Assembly (NCBI GenBank): GCA_965235115.1
Contig: OZ249436.1
Span: forward strand, 10,602,001-10,666,000
Reading direction: 5' to 3'
Length of the DNA stretch: 64,000 nucleotides
Origin: Laetmonice hystrix
Taxonomy: Eukaryota
The position numbers and the translations under genes are program-made. Below, one piece after another: positions 58,901 to 64,000 of the stretch. Under the pieces are notes generated by a model. It was not told the DNA's origin. It did no database searches and saw nothing but the letters and a program-made list of their open reading frames with translations. The stretch's first letter is position 1. Each line of letters opens with the position of its first letter.

Positions 58901-61900
58901 ATAAATTGATCACTTGACATAGGACAAGTGGACTACAAAATTCCCCTTGCCAGGCTCTGAGTGGTTTTTGTTGTGATGTTTGATTTAAACGATAGATCTC
59001 ATTCTCAGAAACGGAGTAAGCTACCAGGAAAGTATTGCAGAGTAGATGCTCCATCCATTTTGGTTCATCACAGAGCAGGGTTTCCAGGGCCCGGTTTGTG
59101 ATACTGATTTAAGCTGCCTTGCTTAAACCAGTGACAACTAGCCAATCAGTTGCGTTAAGCTTAAGCAAGATGTCTTAGTATCACAAACCGGGCCCTGGAG
59201 GATTTGAATCATTTCATATTTCAGGGGAAGTCGACAGACGTAAGGGGGGATAGGGGTAGGTTTTGGAAAAGAATGCTGCCACAAAGATATCAAACTCTGC
59301 ACAGTGGTGGCGCTCCTGTCCTCTCACAGGTGGAGCGCCACAATATTAAAACATGCTGTGACACACAGGATACATTATGAGTCTTTCTAGGTAACCGATT
59401 TGCGTAACCTTTTGGCTATGCAAACAAATTTTACATAGTCGTTTTTAGGGGTTGTTCACGGACTCTAGTGCCCTGTTGTATTATTGATGCATTTATCTTT
59501 TTTAGCATAGTTCAGCGATTATTACGGGGACTCACAGAAGGGGCTATGTTTGGAAGGGGAGGTTTTCCAGTGTAAGTAACACTTTTTTTTATTCTAGAGT
59601 TAAGCATTCATTAGTAGAAGCCTAAAACTGAAATATTGTTTGATTAAATATAGAAAAAGTTATTGGGAAATACTATTACTATGTGATTGTTACTTATCCT
59701 GTAAATAAAAATGGCTGCAAAGACATGTAAAACAATGTCTAAAATGATTGTATTTTGGCAGTACATTGGGATGTTAACCAGTTATAGCTGATACCTAATG
59801 TAATTCTCTCCAACCTTTATAAGGTAATTACGTGGACTCGTACAATATTCTTTTTACAGCAACACAATGTTCAGCCTGTATGGAAACCCAGGTGACTATG
59901 CCTGGGGTGCTGGTGGCCTAGATCATATCATCTCACAGGTATGATGCGTTATGCTATTGTTCAGTGGGATTTTTATGGCTTATGGTCTTTTCTTGTCAAT
60001 TTGAGAGGTAATGCTTTAGTTAAGAGTGGGTTTATAAGATTTGGATGTTTAATGGCATATTTCTACTGTTACAGCTGCTTAATCAGTTAGATGGCACAGG
60101 GCCCCCTCCTGCTGCTAAGTCACAGATTGAAGCACTACCATCAATCAATATAACACAGGCCCAAGTTGGTGAGTACTTGAATGTTGAACTTCAATGTTGC
60201 TGTCTTTCATTCTCATAAACAGTAGACCACTGACAATTGTGCCCTTTCGTAACTTCATTGCCTTATTGTAATAAAGTTGCATCCATGTAACGAGGCCCCT
60301 GCTGCACATGGTGCTTTCCATATTGTAAGCCAATGCCAATTCTTCGGAACGGTACGATGTCTGTCAGGTTTGACTTCAAGCCACAGTGGGAGTATATAGC
60401 GACATAAAATACATTTCACCCCTAGCTATATGATGTCAAAATATGTCGATGATCATGCACTCACCTATATACGTGAGAAAAATGAAATAGTAGGACTCCG
60501 ATATAGGCCACTGTCATCAACAGAGATGCCAGAGTTTACATTTTGAACCAGTGCGCCAAGGGTAAAGATGCAATTTCCCATAATTTATACTACTTTGGAA
60601 ATCCCTGCTTGTGTTTTGAGTTTTGAGTTGTGGCCAATCGCATGCATCCTGGACCTGTAGTGGAAGTAGACTTCTCATATGATGATGTGTGGGCATAGGA
60701 GGGGATTCCACTGTAGACTAGCATTGTTGACAAGATTTCTAAGTTTAAGTCTAGGATTAGTGGTGTGGTTAGGCTCTTGAGATGCCACTGGTGTTCAGGG
60801 CTTGCCTAATCATTTGCCCGGACGCCCGGGACAACCAACCACTTTGCAGTGATGGGCTACCGGAAGTTGTCTAGGTAAAACCAAGTGGGCAACTAGTCTG
60901 TAACAAGCAATCACTATTCTCATTCTACCAACCCTTCCGAGGTATTTTCGCACACTCTGTCACTGTGTATCCATTCTGCCAATAAATATCAATCGTAGCT
61001 GTCTAGCTGATTTTCGTCACAACTGAGTCTGAAGCACTATGAGTGCTCATGATGATGGGATGATGGGATGGTCAGTGCCACCTTTTCGTGCCCTGCAGTG
61101 GTGGGTCACCACCAGTCATTGTTGGGCAACCAGATTGCAATCCTTGGTAGCCCACTGGGCAACCACCTTCCAGTCAAATTTGACAAGCCCTGGTGTTTGT
61201 GCGTTTGATTTTTTGAACTCCAGGAGGTAATTGTGACATTATATACTCCTGGGGTGCATTTCTGAGTGTTGTTAGTTTGTCGTATCGTTAACACCAATGT
61301 ATTTTCAATGGGGATTTTAATGCATGACAGGATAACTATGGATAAGAAATGCACCCCTGGATATGAAACTATTCAGTTTGAGAATTGTGTTTGTACTGAA
61401 TTAAGTAAATATCAGTGTGTGTCTCTCTCTCCAGATAAGAACTTGCAGTGTAGTGTATGTATGGAAGACTTCAAATTAGATGAACTAGTTAGGCGACTGC
61501 CATGCAACCACCATTACCACTCAGACTGTATCACGCCCTGGCTGGAGCTGGTATGTATAATACTATAATTGTATTTAAAAGTTAAGGTTGAAGTTGATAG
61601 TTGCATGGTTTCCATTGGGCTTGTGAGAGTCATGTAGTTTCCATGCTACCAATTACCATCTTAAATTTATAAATGTAATGAGGAATTGCTTTTCTCAACA
61701 GCACGGGACTTGCCCTGTGTGCCGTAAGAACCTTGATGGTGAAGACACAAGTACGGGACCAGCAGCTGGCACAGCCCCGCAGACTGCAAACCTTAACGGC
61801 AACCAAGCAGGATCTAGTTCACAATCGTCAAGTTCGCAGCAAGAATCCTCATCACAGTCTGGTCGGAATATGTCCAGATTTGACTTTATTGATGAATATG

Positions 61901-61905
61901 ATTGA
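55871..61905 (+). CDS. RNF126: RNF126/RNF115-family RING-H2 E3 ubiquitin ligase, join(55871..55951,57263..57321,58036..58111,58637..58869,59506..59571,59860..59938,60075..60168,61435..61550,61702..61905), 335 aa
   Basis: N-terminal zinc ribbon RFFCHMC...[36 protein letters not shown] segment, and RING-H2 [17 protein letters not shown]. The frame is continuous. It is probably the single pro-orthologue of RNF126 and RNF115. Confidence 0.94.
56411..56574. mobile_element. MITE, 5-bp TSD
   Basis: TIR CAGGGCTCGAAAAA / TTTTTGAGCCCTG; TSD TATAC. Confidence 0.85.
57263..57321 (+). CDS. RNF126: RNF126/115 exon 2
   Basis: tacag|[19 protein letters not shown]..|gtgagt. Confidence 0.95.
57749..57891 (+). 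repeat. Dispersed repeat of about 145 bp, copy 2
   Basis: Direct-orientation homologue of 52924-53066. Confidence 0.85.
58036..58111 (+). CDS. RNF126: RNF126/115 exon 3
   Basis: gtaag|..[25 protein letters not shown]|gtaagt; phases 2 and 0 fit. Confidence 0.85.
58142..58364. mobile_element. PIF/Harbinger-type MITE
   Basis: TIR AGCCCAACACACAC / GTGTGTGTTGGCCT; TTA / TAA flanks. Confidence 0.7.
58637..58869 (+). CDS. RNF126: RNF126/115 exon 4
   Basis: gacag|[10 protein letters not shown]...HPAIE..|gtaata; open frame. Confidence 0.88.
59085..59197. mobile_element. Harbinger-type MITE
   Basis: CAGGGCCCGGTTTGTGATACT / AGTATCACAAACCGGGCCCTG, a perfect 21-bp IR; CWG target. Confidence 0.75.
59506..59571 (+). 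CDS. RNF126: RNF126/115 exon 5
   Basis: tttttag|..[21 protein letters not shown]..|gtaagt (human has IIQQLVNG here). Confidence 0.88.
59860..59938 (+). CDS. RNF126: RNF126/115 exon 6
   Basis: [26 protein letters not shown]|gtatga. Confidence 0.95.
60075..60168 (+). CDS. RNF126: RNF126/115 exon 7
   Basis: [31 protein letters not shown]..|gtgagt. Confidence 0.95.
60796..61192. mobile_element. MITE, 5-bp TSD
   Basis: TIR CAGGGCTTG / CAAGCCCTG; TSD GTGTT; interior shares GGGCAA/TTGCCC motifs with 56411-56574. Confidence 0.8.
61435..61550 (+). CDS. RNF126: RNF126/115 exon 8 (RING-H2)
   Basis: [38 protein letters not shown]|gtatgt. Confidence 0.97.
61702..61905 (+). CDS. RNF126: RNF126/115 exon 9
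   Basis: caacag|[15 protein letters not shown]...DEYD*. Confidence 0.95.
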   Translation, partial: HGTCPVCRKNLDGEDTSTGPAAGTAPQTANLNGNQAGSSSQSSSSQQESSSQSGRNMSRFDFIDEYD

Positions 61906-62153
61906 AACTTTGTATAATAATTTAACCCTAAATTTCCAATCCCTTAATAATATGTGTCAACTGTGAGGTAGAATGCCGGTTTGTTTTCTCTATCTGTCAC
62001 TCTCTATAGTGAAGTGTACAGAACTGATGAAAAAAGCCAGGTGGCAGTCTTCTACACCTAGTACACTGTAAAAATACTAACCACATCAGCCAGGAGTTCC
62101 TGAGTTTTTCTGCCCAGAACTGTACATGTATGAATTGTTCTTCCCATATCGCC

Positions 62154-62536
62154 CAGTGCTGCAAACAGGTTTCACCAACCTGGTGGTCAGACTGGACCAG
62201 TAAGTCCAGATGCTTAGTGGTCCACCTCAAATTTTGGTGGTCCAACCTAACAACGTAAGAGACCATTTTAAAAAAAAATTATAAATGGCTCTTAAATCCT
62301 TGCTACCTTTCAATGTAATTGATCTCTAGCTTCCATAAGACCTCCCTTGCCTCCCTCTCCTCCTCTCCCTCCTCCAACTGAAACCCATCTTTGAAAGTGG
62401 GTCAGCACCACTTGTGCTCCCCCCCTCCCAGCCGGGTCCTTGGTCGCCAAAGTGGGCGAGTGTGACAGACGTTTTTGTCAACCACTCCAAGACTTGGTCG
62501 CTTGGGCGAGTGGGCGACTGTCCGTTTGCAGCACTG
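62154..62536. mobile_element. MITE, 6-bp TSD
   Basis: TIR CAGTGCTGCAAAC / GTTTGCAGCACTG; TSD ATCGCC. Confidence 0.85.
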
Positions 62537-63756
62537 ATCGCCTTATTGGTGAGTCCATAAAGGTGGCTTCAAAGGGACATTTTTAAGGGAATTGTATCAG
62601 TAAGGGGCAAAAATTAGACCAAAGTGCCCAGTTTAGGTGTATCAAAGGCAAAAAAATAATTAAATGCATGCGCTAACCCATCAAGAATCCTGAAGCTATT
62701 CACTTAAATTTCGATCTTGTAATAGGAAGTGTCATTTGCCAGTGTAATCAAACAACATATTTTTCTGGCCTTACTGATGCACATGAGTCAGTCAAACGGT
62801 CAGTCAGATCAATTCTGCCTGTTCACGATAACACATTGTTTACCCACAGTTCAGGTGAAGGTCACTTCGTTTTTTTATGTGAAACATAGTATGTGACCTT
62901 GCTGTTTTGGGGAGCTTTTCAGTTGGTAGAATTAATTGTATTTCTAAAGTTTCATCATTCTGAAAACACATCTAGAGCATTCCCAAATCTATTGAGTGGT
63001 TGCTTAGCTCCTTGTAGGTGAAACTTTCAGTAAATCTTCCAGCTGGAACCTACCATGCCCCCCCCCCAAAAAAAAAAGAGCTAGTGAAGTTCATTACGAT
63101 AAAAGGAATATGTTTGTGACTGGACAGCAGTGAGTTTGAATCTAAATTTTTACATTCAAGTGAAATATTTGTGAGATTCAACATCAGTATTGGCTAGTTA
63201 AATCTGACATATATTACCAGATGTTAGGACAAGAGAAAAACATTTGGATGGCAGATTATATGGCAGAAAGATTCTCTGTAATTTAAACTACGGAGGGGTC
63301 CGTCTCCGATTGATTATTATATTGCGTTGTCAGTTTTTAAAAAACATTTCAGTAGGATAAACCCACGGGAATTTAAACTTGTACAGCTTGAGCGACATGT
63401 ATACGGTTCAACATATGACAGCATTTCATGCATATCCCAGAAATATTTTAATAGACACAAGCCATTGACATAAAAGGGTGAAAACTTTACAACTGTGGCA
63501 AATACAGGTTATTTTTCATGCAGATGAAAGGGCGGGGGGTTGGGATCGTTGCTATGCTACAAGGTGTAAGCTGGTTCTAATTGTGTCCTTTTGAGTTTTG
63601 GTTTTTATGTTTGTACACAATTTAAGAAGTACGTTCCTGTAGATTATATTAAGTCAGTTGCAGCTCCTATAGTTGATATAATACTGGGTATAAGTGTAGA
63701 GTGAGAACGCTCATAAAGGTGGTGAAAGGACCTAAAATATATCTGACTAAGGCACT

Positions 63757-63992
63757 CTATAAACAGTTGGGGACAATTTTATGGGCTGCTGTATAGGTTC
63801 TTGGGATAGAGACAAACCTTTGTGGTTTTGCAGTGATTCCTTTGTTGCGATATATCTCTGGTATTTGTCGTTTGTTTGAAGTCAATATAAACGTCTTTGT
63901 CCTAGAACTATTCACAACGTATTTACTATGAAGGACATCTAAATTCAGGAGACCACTGGTACCCAACAAGGATTGTGATAGTTGTTCGTTAC
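63757..63992 (-). CDS. Possible terminal coding exon of a further gene convergent on RNF126 (unidentified)
   Basis: ttacag| acceptor followed by 78 open codons ending ...HKIVPNCL*; no family recognised. Confidence 0.25.
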
Positions 63993-64000
63993 CTGTAATT

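Overview
Intron-rich genomic DNA from an invertebrate bilaterian (the lineage cannot be fixed from the sequence), with two assembly gaps (16503-16700, 18781-18945). I rebuilt four spliced genes exon by exon, each with GT/AG junctions and a continuous reading frame: follistatin (+, 11134-26276, 6 exons, 341 aa), NDUFS4 (-, 30311-49429, 5 exons, 163 aa), ARL15 (-, 51050-55751, 5 exons) and an RNF126/RNF115-type RING-H2 ligase (+, 55871-61905, 9 exons, 335 aa). The rest is intron or intergenic DNA rich in MITEs, SINE/LINE/Crypton/THAP relics and tandem repeats. Main observations: (1) a candidate 114-nt in-frame acidic exon in follistatin intron 2 that begins with a recursive-splice signature (AG|GTGAG); (2) the four-gene block unites neighbours that human splits between FST-NDUFS4-ARL15 (5q11.2) and FSTL3-RNF126 (19p13.3); (3) about 36 copies of the palindrome TAGGCCTA in the first 23.4 kb against about 3 in the remaining 40 kb; (4) many CAG...CTG MITEs with 5-bp (once 6-bp) target-site duplications. 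All counts and coordinates were read by eye; no database searches were run.
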